64,000 nt of DNA from an uncultured delta proteobacterium (GTDB taxonomy: Bacteria; Desulfobacterota; Binatia; DP-6), in contig CAWFFN010000012.1 of the NCBI GenBank assembly GCA_963815115.1, positions 352,001 to 416,000 of the forward strand. The letters run 5' to 3'. How positions within the stretch are numbered: the stretch's first letter is position 1; every line of letters starts with the position of its first letter. Shown here one piece after another: positions 1 through 8,479 of the stretch. Below the pieces are notes generated by a model. It had not been told where the DNA came from, searched no databases, and worked only from the letters and a program-made list of their open reading frames with translations. The position numbers and the translations under genes are program-made.

Positions 1-7
1 CGGCCGC

Positions 8-784
8 ATGCAGCCGGAAGAGCTGGAAGCGATCGAGTCCGCGGCCGAGTGCCTGGCCCGGGCGCACTACGTGGTCGCCCTCACGGGCGCCGGGCTGTCG
101 GTCGAGAGCGGGATACCGCCCTTCCGCGGGCCAGGCGGTCTGTGGACCAAGCACGGCGAGCCGCCCATGAACGGCTTCCAGCGCTTCCTCGCCGATCCCC
201 GGGGCGCCTGGGAGGAGCGGCTCGATCCCAAGGGTCCGATGCGCGAGCTGTGGAGCGCGCTCGCCGCGGCCCGGCCCAATCCGGGGCACCTCGCGCTCGT
301 CGAGCTCGAGGAGATGGGCGTGCTGCGTGCGATCATCACCCAGAACGTCGACAACCTGCACCGGCTTGCCGGCAGCCGCCGCGTGCTCGAGATCCACGGC
401 AACGCGACGCTGATCCGCTGCCTCGGATGCGGCATGCGCTTCCCGCGCGAGTCGATCGACTTCGCGACCCTCCCGCCGCACTGCCATCGCTGTGACGGGC
501 TGCTCAAGAGCGACACGGTCTCGTTCGGCGAGCCGATCCCGCCCGACGTGCTCGAGGGGTGCTTCGAGGAGGCGTCGCGCGCCGACTGCATGCTGGTGGC
601 CGGCACGTCGGCCACGGTCTACCCCGCGGCGCAGTTTCCGTTCGAGGTGTGCGAGCGCGGCGGCGATCTGATCGAGGTCAACCTCTATCCCTCGGAGCTC
701 ACCGCCGTGAGCCGCTACACGCTCCAGGGACCCGCCGGCGAGGTGCTTCCGCGCCTGGCCGAGCTGGTACGCGCGCGCATCTAG
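8..784 (+). CDS. cobB: NAD-dependent protein deacylase (sirtuin, Sir2/CobB family)
   Basis: GAGLSVESGIPPFRG, ITQNVDNLH and IHGN motifs, Zn-binding CLGC...CHRC, GTSATVYPAA. Confidence 0.9.
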   Translation: MQPEELEAIESAAECLARAHYVVALTGAGLSVESGIPPFRGPGGLWTKHGEPPMNGFQRFLADPRGAWEERLDPKGPMRELWSALAAARPNPGHLALVELEEMGVLRAIITQNVDNLHRLAGSRRVLEIHGNATLIRCLGCGMRFPRESIDFATLPPHCHRCDGLLKSDTVSFGEPIPPDVLEGCFEEASRADCMLVAGTSATVYPAAQFPFEVCERGGDLIEVNLYPSELTAVSRYTLQGPAGEVLPRLAELVRARI

Positions 785-1566
785 GGATTCGGGAAGCCGA
801 CCAGCGACTGCGCGCGTCCGCGATCGTCGAAGGTGACGCTGCGACCGTAGCCGTAGCTCCAGGTCGTCCAGCCGTTGCCGCTCGGCTCGACGAGCTGCGG
901 ATCGCCGATCAGCCGACGGACGTCGTTCGCGCCCATGCCCCGCTTCACCGTGCGCAGCGCCTCGTAGCCCGGCCGTTGCTGCGGCTCGCCGTAGGTCGGT
1001 TGGGGCGGTGGGGGCGGCGGCGGTACCGGGGTGGCCGCGGCGACGATCGCCTGACCGGTCAGCTCGAGCTGCGCGATGAGCTGGTCGACCCGGTCCTGCG
1101 TGGCCGCCAAGCGCTCGGTGAGCTGCTCCACGCTGGCCACCGCGGCGTCGAGCCGGTCGAGCAGCTGTGCCTGCGCGTCCGCGGCATCGGCCGCCTGCTT
1201 CTTCTTGTCGTCCTTCGACTCCACGAGCTTCAGATCGGCGGGATCGGACAGGATGATCTCCGGCTTGCGGTCGCGCGTGACGATCGTGCCGCGCACCTGC
1301 ACCTTCCGTCCGGAGTACAGCGCATCGAGCTGGTCGGGGGGGAAGCGACCGAAGTTCTCCGCCTGCACGACTGCCGTGAAGCGGTTGAAGGTGGGGTCGA
1401 AGGCGAGGAGACACGACAGCTGGGAGCAATGCACGCCGAGAACGCGCCCCTCGACCACGACGGTCTCGCCGACGTGCTGCTCCGTCTGGTCCCACGGGAC
1501 CGTCGTGTCGGCTGCCTGCGCGGGCAACGCGACCGCCAGGACGAGCGCGAGAGCCGAGTGGCGCAT
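781..1566 (-). CDS. secreted hypothetical protein: signal peptide, OB-fold-like region, coiled coil, Pro-rich linker, SmpA/BamE-like C-terminus
   Basis: ATG 1566 gives MRHSALALVLAVALPAQA (AQA cleavage site); VVVEGRV...GRKVQVRGTI; C-terminal VKRGMGANDVRRLIGDP...WSYG...VTFDDRG. Confidence 0.6.
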   Translation of the reverse strand: MRHSALALVLAVALPAQAADTTVPWDQTEQHVGETVVVEGRVLGVHCSQLSCLLAFDPTFNRFTAVVQAENFGRFPPDQLDALYSGRKVQVRGTIVTRDRKPEIILSDPADLKLVESKDDKKKQAADAADAQAQLLDRLDAAVASVEQLTERLAATQDRVDQLIAQLELTGQAIVAAATPVPPPPPPPQPTYGEPQQRPGYEALRTVKRGMGANDVRRLIGDPQLVEPSGNGWTTWSYGYGRSVTFDDRGRAQSLVGFPNP

Positions 1567-1631
1567 CGCTTGACCGGCCTCCGACCGAGCTTCTATAGCT
1601 GCGCGCCGCGGAAGTCCACTCGCACACACTC

Positions 1632-2054
1632 ATGAGCGCCTACACCGGACCACTTCCCGTGCCCACGCCGGAGACCAGGCCCTTCTGGGACGCGGCGCGC
1701 CGGCACGAGCTCGCGCTGCCGCGCTGCCGGCCGTGCGGCGCCTTCTTCTTCTTCCCGCGCGCGATCTGTCCGCGCTGCCTGTCCGCCGAAGTGGAGTGGA
1801 AGCAGGTGAGCGGCCGCGGCACGCTGCACACCTTCACGGTGGTGCATCGCGGAGCGAAGGGCTTCCCCCTGGGCACGCCCTACGTGATCGCCGTGGTCGA
1901 GCTCGCCGAGGGCCCGCGCATGATGACCAACCTCGTCGGCGTGGAGCCCGATCCGGCGAAGATCCGCATCGGCATGCCCGTCGAGGTCGTCTTCCAGGAC
2001 GCGACGTCCGAGATCGCGCTGCCGCACTTTCGTCCGGCCGGAGAGACGGCATGA
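1632..2054 (+). CDS. DUF35-family Zn-ribbon/OB-fold protein
   Basis: PFWDAA, CRPC...CPRC, SGRGTLHTFT, PYVIAVVELAEGPRMMTN, IGMPVEVVF. Confidence 0.9.
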   Translation: MSAYTGPLPVPTPETRPFWDAARRHELALPRCRPCGAFFFFPRAICPRCLSAEVEWKQVSGRGTLHTFTVVHRGAKGFPLGTPYVIAVVELAEGPRMMTNLVGVEPDPAKIRIGMPVEVVFQDATSEIALPHFRPAGETA

Positions 2055-3220
2055 GGCGCGATCTGCGGCGGATGCGGGGCCGCGTCGCCATCGTCGGCGC
2101 GGCCGAGGCCGACGAGCACGGCCGCCTGCCGCACAAGTCGGCCTTCATGCTGCACGCCGAGGCGGCGCGCAACGCGCTCGCCGACGCGGGGCTCGCGCTC
2201 GGCGACGTCGACGCGATCTTCAGCGCCGGGCTCTGGATGGGCTCGGAGACCGCCGAGTACCTCGGCATCCGCCCGCGCTACATCGACGGCACGCAGATCG
2301 GCGGCTGCTCCTTCATCGCGCACGTCCAGCACGCCATGGCGGCGATCGACGCCGGGATCGTCGAGGTCGCGCTCATCACGCACGGCGAGAGCGGCGCGTC
2401 GCGGGTCGGCATGCCGGGCACGCGCTTCGGGGTCGACGCCTTTCGCATGCAGTTCGAGCAGCCCTTCGGGCTGGCCGGGCCGCCCACCGGCTACGCGCTC
2501 GCCGCGGCGCGCCACATGCACGACTACGGCACGACCAGCGAGCAGCTCGCCGAGCTGGCGGTGTCGACGCGCAAGTGGGCGGCGCTCAATCCGCGCGCCA
2601 TCATGCGCGACCCGCTCACGGTGGACGAGGTGCTCGCGTCCCGCATGATCTCGTGGCCGCTCCATCTTCTCGACTGCTGCCTCGTCACCGATGCGGGCGG
2701 CGCCGTGGTGGTGACGTCCGCCGAGCGCGCGCGCGATCGCCCGAAGCCACCCGTGTTCGTGCTCGGCACCGGCGAGGCGTCGACGCACGTGATCGTCAGC
2801 CAGATGCCGGACTTCGCCTTCTGGGACGCCGCACGGATGTCGAGCGAGCGCGCCTTCGCCATGGCCGGGGTGGCGCACGCGGACATCGACGTCGCGATGT
2901 TCTACGACGCCTTCACGATCGTGCCGGTGATGGGGCTCGAGGCGACCGGATTCTGCAAGCCGGGCGAGGGCGGCGCCTTCGTCTCCGGCGGGCGCACGGC
3001 TCCCGGCGGCCCCTTTCCCATGAACACCAACGGCGGCGGTCTCTCGTACACGCACAGCGGCATGTACGGCATGTTCACGCTGGTCGAGGCCGTGCGCCAG
3101 CTCCGCGGCGAGTGCGGTGCCCGCCAGGTGGAGGGCGCGAAGACGGCGATCTGCCACGGGCTGGGAGGGATGTTCAGCTCGGCCGCGACGCTCGTCTGCG
3201 GGACGGAGATTCCGTCCTGA
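2051..3220 (+). CDS. thiolase-superfamily protein (SCP2/Ltp-type)
   Basis: ATG overlaps the DUF35 stop (ATGA); VAIVGA, GGCS, PLHLLDCCLVTDAGGA, YDAFT, NTNGGGLS, VEAVRQLRG. Confidence 0.85.
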   Translation: MRRDLRRMRGRVAIVGAAEADEHGRLPHKSAFMLHAEAARNALADAGLALGDVDAIFSAGLWMGSETAEYLGIRPRYIDGTQIGGCSFIAHVQHAMAAIDAGIVEVALITHGESGASRVGMPGTRFGVDAFRMQFEQPFGLAGPPTGYALAAARHMHDYGTTSEQLAELAVSTRKWAALNPRAIMRDPLTVDEVLASRMISWPLHLLDCCLVTDAGGAVVVTSAERARDRPKPPVFVLGTGEASTHVIVSQMPDFAFWDAARMSSERAFAMAGVAHADIDVAMFYDAFTIVPVMGLEATGFCKPGEGGAFVSGGRTAPGGPFPMNTNGGGLSYTHSGMYGMFTLVEAVRQLRGECGARQVEGAKTAICHGLGGMFSSAATLVCGTEIPS

Positions 3221-3227
3221 GGCCACC

Positions 3228-3449
3228 GTGGCGCCGGTCCTGCTCTACACGAAGTCCGGCTGCCCGCACTGCGATGCCGCGCGCGCGGCGCTCGCCGTGC
3301 GCAACGCCACGGTCGAGGAGATCGACGTCGGCGTGCGGCGCGAGGCGATCCCGGAGCTGCTGAAGCTCACGCGCGGGCGCCGGGTGGTGCCGGTGATCGT
3401 CGAGGACGGGACGATCCTCGTCGCGCCGGAGGGCGGGTCCGCGTTCTGA
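3228..3449 (+). CDS. small glutaredoxin-like protein
   Basis: GTG start; YTKSGCPHC active site; RRVVPVIVEDG cis-Pro motif. Confidence 0.8.
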   Translation: MAPVLLYTKSGCPHCDAARAALAVRNATVEEIDVGVRREAIPELLKLTRGRRVVPVIVEDGTILVAPEGGSAF

Positions 3450-3461
3450 GCCGCGGCCGGC

Positions 3462-4562
3462 TCACGGCCGCTCGAGTGCCAGCAGCGCGACGGGCTCGTC
3501 GAACCCCTTGGGGAGTCGCTTGCCCGCGGGCTCGAAACGCAGGTGGCCGGCGCGCGCCCGGGCCGCGACCTCGCGGGTGACCAGCAGCTCGTTCGGCACC
3601 GCCAGCTCGGCCAGCCGGGCGGCCAGGTTGACGACCGGCCCGTAGTAGTCCCCGCCGCGGTTCAGCAACTCGCCGTGGGCGAGCCCTCCGCGCGGCGTCA
3701 CCGCGGAATCGCCGGCGAACCGCTCCACCAGCGTCAGGGCGATGTCGCATGCCGCGGCCGCGTCGAGGGCGACGAACATCACCTCGTCGCCGATGAGCTT
3801 CACGATGCGGCCGCCTTTTGCCGTGGCCACCTCGTGCGCGGTGCTCTCGAAACGCTCCACCATGTCTGCCAGCTCGCGTGGCTCCATGCGTCGCGAGAGG
3901 GTGGTGAATCCGACCAGGTCCACGAAGCCGATGGCGAGCCGCACGGTATCGGTCGACCGTCCCTCCCGGGCGAGCCGGGAGCGCCGGATGGACTCCTCGA
4001 GGTGCGCGCGAAAGACCGACTGCAGGACGGCGGGCACCACCTCCGCCGCCTCGGTGGCGCGCAGGTTCGCCTTCGCGAGCTCGAGCTCGCTTCCATGCGC
4101 TTCGCGGAGGGGACCCTCGACGTTGACCAGGAACATCGAGACCACCGCCTCGGCGATGCGGGCGAGCGAGGAGCCCATCACGCGCTGGAAGTGACGCGTG
4201 GCCTGCTCGCCGAAGAGCCTGGTGCCGACGGCGAACGCGGCGAAGCTCTCCACGTCGCGGTCGGCGAAACGCGGGTCCTCGGGGTCGACGGGTGCGAGGC
4301 CGGCGGAGCGGCGTATCGCCTCGACCTGCTCCACCGTGATCCCCGCACGAGCCGCCAGCTCCTCGAGCCGCAGGTGGGCGTCCGGATTGATCACCAGGTC
4401 CCCGGCGAGACCCGTGAGCGTGCCACCCGGGCGCGTGGAGCGCCGCATCTGCTCGATGGTCACGCCGCGCGCGGTCAGCCACTCGAGGAGCGCGAGCCGC
4501 TCGGCGGCGTTCGGCGCGCCGGGATCGTACAGCCCCGCGGCTTCATAGTCGGCGACGGTCAC
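3462..4562 (-). CDS. class III adenylate cyclase with N-terminal regulatory domain (Rv1264/Rv2212-like), copy 2
   Basis: GFVDLVGFT, VKLIGDEVMF, GDYYGPVVNLAARL; GTG start set by alignment with copy 1 (alternative ATG 4592). Confidence 0.88.
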   Translation of the reverse strand: MTVADYEAAGLYDPGAPNAAERLALLEWLTARGVTIEQMRRSTRPGGTLTGLAGDLVINPDAHLRLEELAARAGITVEQVEAIRRSAGLAPVDPEDPRFADRDVESFAAFAVGTRLFGEQATRHFQRVMGSSLARIAEAVVSMFLVNVEGPLREAHGSELELAKANLRATEAAEVVPAVLQSVFRAHLEESIRRSRLAREGRSTDTVRLAIGFVDLVGFTTLSRRMEPRELADMVERFESTAHEVATAKGGRIVKLIGDEVMFVALDAAAACDIALTLVERFAGDSAVTPRGGLAHGELLNRGGDYYGPVVNLAARLAELAVPNELLVTREVAARARAGHLRFEPAGKRLPKGFDEPVALLALERP

Positions 4563-4601
4563 CTCGTGCGGCAGATTTCCTCGGGCGGGCATGGCCGTCA
4601 A
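4563..4601 (-). promoter_or_regulatory. putative sigma-70-type promoter of cyclase copy 2
   Basis: TTGACG-N17-AAATCT-N10-GTG, same geometry as upstream of copy 1. Confidence 0.45.
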
Positions 4602-4618
4602 GGGTACGATCGAACGGT

Positions 4619-5716
4619 TCAGCGGCGCTCGAGCGTCAGCAGCGCGACCGGGGCGTCGAATCCCTTCGGCAGGCGCTTGCCCGCGGGCTCGAAGCGCAGC
4701 CTGTCCCCGCTCGCCTGGGCGGCGACCTCGGGTGTCACCAGCAGCTCGTTCGGAACCGCGAGCTCGGCCATGCGAGCGGCGAGGTTGACGAGCGGGCCGT
4801 AGTAGTCGCCGCCTCGCATGATGAGCTCGCCGAAGGCGAGGCCGCCACGCGGCATGACCGCCGCATCGTTCACCAGGCGCTCGACGAGAGTGAGCGCGAT
4901 CTCGCAGGCGGCCGTCGCGTCGACGGCCACGAACATCACCTCGTCCCCGATGAGCTTGACGACGCGGCCGTCGTTCGCGGTCGTGACCTCGTGCGCGGTG
5001 TCCTCGAAGCGCTCGATCATCGTGGCCAGATCCCTGGTCTTCATGCTGCGCGACAGCGTCGTGAAACCGACCAGGTCGACGAAGCCGACGGCGAGCCTTG
5101 CCGTGTCGACCGACTTCCCCGGTCGCGCCTCGTGCAGCCGCCGCATGGCCGCGTGGAAGTGGCCCCGGAACAGAGCCTGCAGTGCCACCGGGACCACCTG
5201 CAGTGTCTCGATGCCCTGGGCGTTGGCCTCGGCCATCGCGACCTCGCTGCTCCGTGCCTCGCGCAGCGGTCCCTCGACGTGCACCCGGAAGAGCGACACC
5301 GCCGCCTCGGCGACGCGCGCGAGCGACGAGCCGGCGATGCGTGAGAACCGGCGCGCCGCCTGCTCGCCGAACAGGCGCGCCGCAGGCGCGAAGGCGGCGA
5401 ACCCGAGCGCGTCGTCGGCGCTGAAGACGCGCTCGCCGGGATCGATCGGGGAAAGGCCGGCGGCGAGCCGGATCTCCTCGATCCGCTCGGGCGTGAGCCC
5501 GGCCCGCTGCGCGAGCTCCGCCAGGGTCAGATACTGTCCGGGGTGCAGCGCGAGGTCGGCGCCCAGGCCTTCGAGCCGGCCCTCGGCGTGAGCGCGCACC
5601 ATCTGCCCGAGCCCGGCACCGCGCGCCGCCAGCCATTCGAGGAGCGCGAGGCGCTCGGCGGCGTTCGGCGCGTGCGGGTCGTAGAGTCCCGCCGCCTCGT
5701 ACTCGGCGATACCCAC
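4619..5716 (-). CDS. class III adenylate cyclase with N-terminal regulatory domain, copy 1
   Basis: GFVDLVGFT, VKLIGDEVMF, GDYYGPLVNLAARM; N-terminus YEAAGLYDP..PNAAERLALLEWL shared with copy 2 (alternative ATG 5764). Confidence 0.88.
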   Translation of the reverse strand: MGIAEYEAAGLYDPHAPNAAERLALLEWLAARGAGLGQMVRAHAEGRLEGLGADLALHPGQYLTLAELAQRAGLTPERIEEIRLAAGLSPIDPGERVFSADDALGFAAFAPAARLFGEQAARRFSRIAGSSLARVAEAAVSLFRVHVEGPLREARSSEVAMAEANAQGIETLQVVPVALQALFRGHFHAAMRRLHEARPGKSVDTARLAVGFVDLVGFTTLSRSMKTRDLATMIERFEDTAHEVTTANDGRVVKLIGDEVMFVAVDATAACEIALTLVERLVNDAAVMPRGGLAFGELIMRGGDYYGPLVNLAARMAELAVPNELLVTPEVAAQASGDRLRFEPAGKRLPKGFDAPVALLTLERR

Positions 5717-5755
5717 TCGGTGTGGCAGATATTCCTCGCGGCGACCGAGCGTCAA
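5717..5755 (-). promoter_or_regulatory. putative sigma-70-type promoter of cyclase copy 1
   Basis: TTGACG-N17-ATATCT-N10-GTG. Confidence 0.45.
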
Positions 5756-5812
5756 GGTGCCCATTGACAGATCCGGACGCGGCCTCTTTGTGATGACGGG
5801 GAGGTCCACGCC

Positions 5813-7177
5813 ATGGCGGAAGAGGAAGTCGACGTCGTCGTCGTCGGGCTCGGTCCGGGGGGCGAGGAGGTCGCCGAGCGGCTCGCCGAGGCGGGACTCC
5901 TCGTCGTCGGCGTGGAGGAGCACCTCGTGGGCGGGGAGTGCCCGTACTACGGCTGCATCCCGAGCAAGATGATGATCCGGGGCGCGGATCTGCTGGCCGA
6001 AGCACGGCGGGTCGACGGCATGGCCGGCAAGGCGTCCGTCGTGCCGGACTTCGCCCCGGTCGCGCGGCGCATCCGGAAGGAGGCCACCGACGACTGGAAC
6101 GACCGCGTCGCCGTCGAGCGCTTCGAGAAGCTCGGCGGCCGCTTCGTGCGGGGACGCGGCGTCCTCGACGGTCCCGGACGGGTGCGCGTCCGCGATCGTC
6201 TCTTCCGGGCTCGGCGTGGCGTCGTGCTCGCCACCGGGACCGCGCCCGCCGTCCCGCCCATTCCGGGCCTCGCCGACGTGTCGTACTGGACCAACCGCGA
6301 CGCGGTGAAGGCCGAGACGGCGCCCGCCTCGCTGGTCGTCCTCGGCGGCGGTGCGGTGGGCGGCGAGATGGCGCAGGCGTTCTCCCGTTTCGGCTCGCGC
6401 GTCACCCTCGTCGAGGCGGCCGAGCGCATCCTCGGGCTCGAGGAGCCCGAGGCCAGCGCCGTGATCAGTGGCGCGATGCGCGACGAAGGCATCGACGTGC
6501 GCACCGGCCGCAAGGCCGTGCGGGTGATGGCGGAGGGGAGCGCCATCACGGTACACACCGACGACGGCGCGCGTATCCAGGGCGACCGGCTGCTCGTCGC
6601 CACCGGACGGCGCATGAACCTCGCCGGCCTGGGCCTCGGCTCCGTCGGACTCGACGAGGCTGCCCACAGCGTGCAGGTGGACGAACGCTTGCGGGCGGCG
6701 GACAAGCTCTGGGCGGTCGGAGACATCACCGGCAAGGGTCTCTTCACGCACGTGGCCGTGTACCAGGCCCGCATCGTGATCGCCCACCTCCTCGGACGCG
6801 ACGCCCCGGGGGCGGACTATCGCGCGCTCGCGAGGGTCACGTTCACCGACCCGGAGGTCGGCGGCGTCGGCATGACCGAAGCGCAGGCGCGTGCGGCGGG
6901 GCTGCGCGTCCGCGTCGCCTCGGTCGAGCTGCGCAAGGTGTCGCGGGGCTGGATCCACGGCCCCGGGAACGCCGGATTCATCAAGGTGATCGAGGATGCC
7001 GATCGCGGCGTGCTGGTGGGGGCGACCTCGGTGGGACCGTGGGGCGGCGAGGTGCTCTCCGTGCTCACGCTCGCCGTGCACGCCGAGGTGTCGGTAGCGA
7101 CCCTGCGCACGATGCACTACGCTTTCCCGACCTTCCACCGCGGTGTGCTCGAGGCGGTGAGGGCGCTCGGGTCGTGA
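5813..7177 (+). CDS. FAD-dependent pyridine nucleotide-disulfide oxidoreductase (Lpd/MerA superfamily)
   Basis: GLGPGG FAD motif, GGECPYYGCIPSK redox disulfide, GGGAVG NAD(P) motif, AVGDI, VTFTDPEV; GGGAGG RBS. Confidence 0.88.
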   Translation: MAEEEVDVVVVGLGPGGEEVAERLAEAGLLVVGVEEHLVGGECPYYGCIPSKMMIRGADLLAEARRVDGMAGKASVVPDFAPVARRIRKEATDDWNDRVAVERFEKLGGRFVRGRGVLDGPGRVRVRDRLFRARRGVVLATGTAPAVPPIPGLADVSYWTNRDAVKAETAPASLVVLGGGAVGGEMAQAFSRFGSRVTLVEAAERILGLEEPEASAVISGAMRDEGIDVRTGRKAVRVMAEGSAITVHTDDGARIQGDRLLVATGRRMNLAGLGLGSVGLDEAAHSVQVDERLRAADKLWAVGDITGKGLFTHVAVYQARIVIAHLLGRDAPGADYRALARVTFTDPEVGGVGMTEAQARAAGLRVRVASVELRKVSRGWIHGPGNAGFIKVIEDADRGVLVGATSVGPWGGEVLSVLTLAVHAEVSVATLRTMHYAFPTFHRGVLEAVRALGS

Positions 7178-7189
7178 GCGGTCGAGGCG

Positions 7190-7414
7190 TCAGCGCTTGC
7201 GGAAGCGGGCCAGCACCGGGTCGTCGGGCTCGCCGGGCAGGGGCTTCCCCCAGGGATCGGTGCGCGGGATGCGGAGCTTGGTGAGCGTATCCTGGGTGTC
7301 CTGGTTCACCCACGGCTGGCCGAGTGCACACGGGACCGGCACGCCGTTCTCCGGCTCGAGGTCGTAGGCCGGATAGGCACCCTTCTGGTAGTCGAGAAGC
7401 ATCCGCTTCGGCAC
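7190..7414 (-). CDS. small hypothetical protein (~74 aa)
   Basis: Fills the gap between the reductase and LLM genes; GC3-biased codons; natural composition (MLLDYQKGAYPAYDLEPENGVPVPCALGQPW...); start GTG 7414 or ATG 7402. Confidence 0.6.
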   Translation of the reverse strand: MPKRMLLDYQKGAYPAYDLEPENGVPVPCALGQPWVNQDTQDTLTKLRIPRTDPWGKPLPGEPDDPVLARFRKR

Positions 7415-7506
7415 GGTGCATCGTCTAGCCCGGCGGCCCGCAGCGGGCAACCGAGGCGATCAAAACGCCTTCCCATTTGGCCGTGCTGCTGGTCTAAGGG
7501 AACGGC

Positions 7507-8454
7507 ATGGATCGCATCGCCGTCGCCTACTCGCCGCTGCGAGATGCCTCCCCGCAGGACATCCTGGCCTGGTCGCGGCGCGCCGAGGAGCTCGGCTTCG
7601 CGGGCGTCTTCATCCCGGAGTCGTTCAACGACTCGCTGGCCTACGCCGAGGCGGTGGGGTTCGCGACCACGCGGATCAAGGTCGGGACCGGCATCACCAA
7701 CATCTACCTCCGACACCCGACGCTGCTCGCGCAGCAGGCCGCAGCGGTCCAGGAGTTCTCCGACGGACGCCTGATGCTCGGACTCGGCGTCGGTCACCGG
7801 CCGGTGAACGCGTCGCTCGGCATCGACATGGGCGACCCGCTGGAGCGGACGCGGGAGGTCGTCGGCGTGCTCCGCGCGGCCTGGGCGAAGGGCCCGCATC
7901 AGCCGCGCCCCCGCACGCCGCCGACGATCCTGGCCGCGGCGCTCGCCCGACCCATGGTCGAGCTTGCCGGCGAGGTCGCCGACGGGGTCATCTTCAACCT
8001 CTTCCCGCTCGAGCGCTACCTGAAGGCGATGGCGATGCTCCGGCGTGGCGCCGAGCGCGGAGGTCGCGACCTCGAGTCGCTCGAGGTCTGCCACTTCACC
8101 ACCGCCTACCTCGGCCCCGATCGGGCGGCGTGCCTGCACGAGGCCAAGCGCATGCTGGCGCGCTACGCCAGCCTGCAGTTCTACGGCAACATGCTCGTGC
8201 AGAGCGGGTTCGGCGCCGAGGTGGAAGCGATCCGCGCGGCCATGAAGTCGCGCGACGTCGCCGCCGCGGAGCGGGCGGTGACCGACGAGATGGCGGATGC
8301 CGTCACGCTGGTCGGCGACCCGGCTCACTGCCGCGAGCGGCTGCGGGCGTACCAGATGGCCGGCGCGACGATGTGCATCGTCTTCCCGAACCCGGTCGGC
8401 GAGAGTCGAGGAGCGGCGGTGGAGCGAGCGCTGATCGCGCTCGCGCCGCGGTAG
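7507..8454 (+). CDS. LLM-class (luciferase-like) flavin/F420-dependent oxidoreductase
   Basis: AEELGFAGVFIPE, TTRIKVGTGI, SDGRLMLGLGVG, MVELAGEVADG. Confidence 0.88.
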   Translation: MDRIAVAYSPLRDASPQDILAWSRRAEELGFAGVFIPESFNDSLAYAEAVGFATTRIKVGTGITNIYLRHPTLLAQQAAAVQEFSDGRLMLGLGVGHRPVNASLGIDMGDPLERTREVVGVLRAAWAKGPHQPRPRTPPTILAAALARPMVELAGEVADGVIFNLFPLERYLKAMAMLRRGAERGGRDLESLEVCHFTTAYLGPDRAACLHEAKRMLARYASLQFYGNMLVQSGFGAEVEAIRAAMKSRDVAAAERAVTDEMADAVTLVGDPAHCRERLRAYQMAGATMCIVFPNPVGESRGAAVERALIALAPR

Positions 8455-8479
8455 CCGGCGCGGCTTCGCGGCCTCGCCG

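Noticed and set aside
3228-3471. Selenocysteine read-through of the glutaredoxin-like gene (TGA followed by a hairpin; resembles Uxx-star-type small proteins)
   Set aside because: Read-through would run deep into the convergent cyclase gene instead of ending after a few residues; the hairpin is too close for a typical bacterial SECIS and is explained by the palindrome TGAGCCG-CGGC-CGGCTCA joining the two stop codons
3462-7138. ORF-track 847-aa and 839-aa versions of the cyclases
   Set aside because: The N-terminal extensions overlap other real genes; the paralogs align only from 4562 and 5716
5813-7177. Calling this gene merA or lpdA
   Set aside because: Lacks the MerA C-terminal Cys-Cys and the Lpd HPTxxE motif, and has neither genomic context
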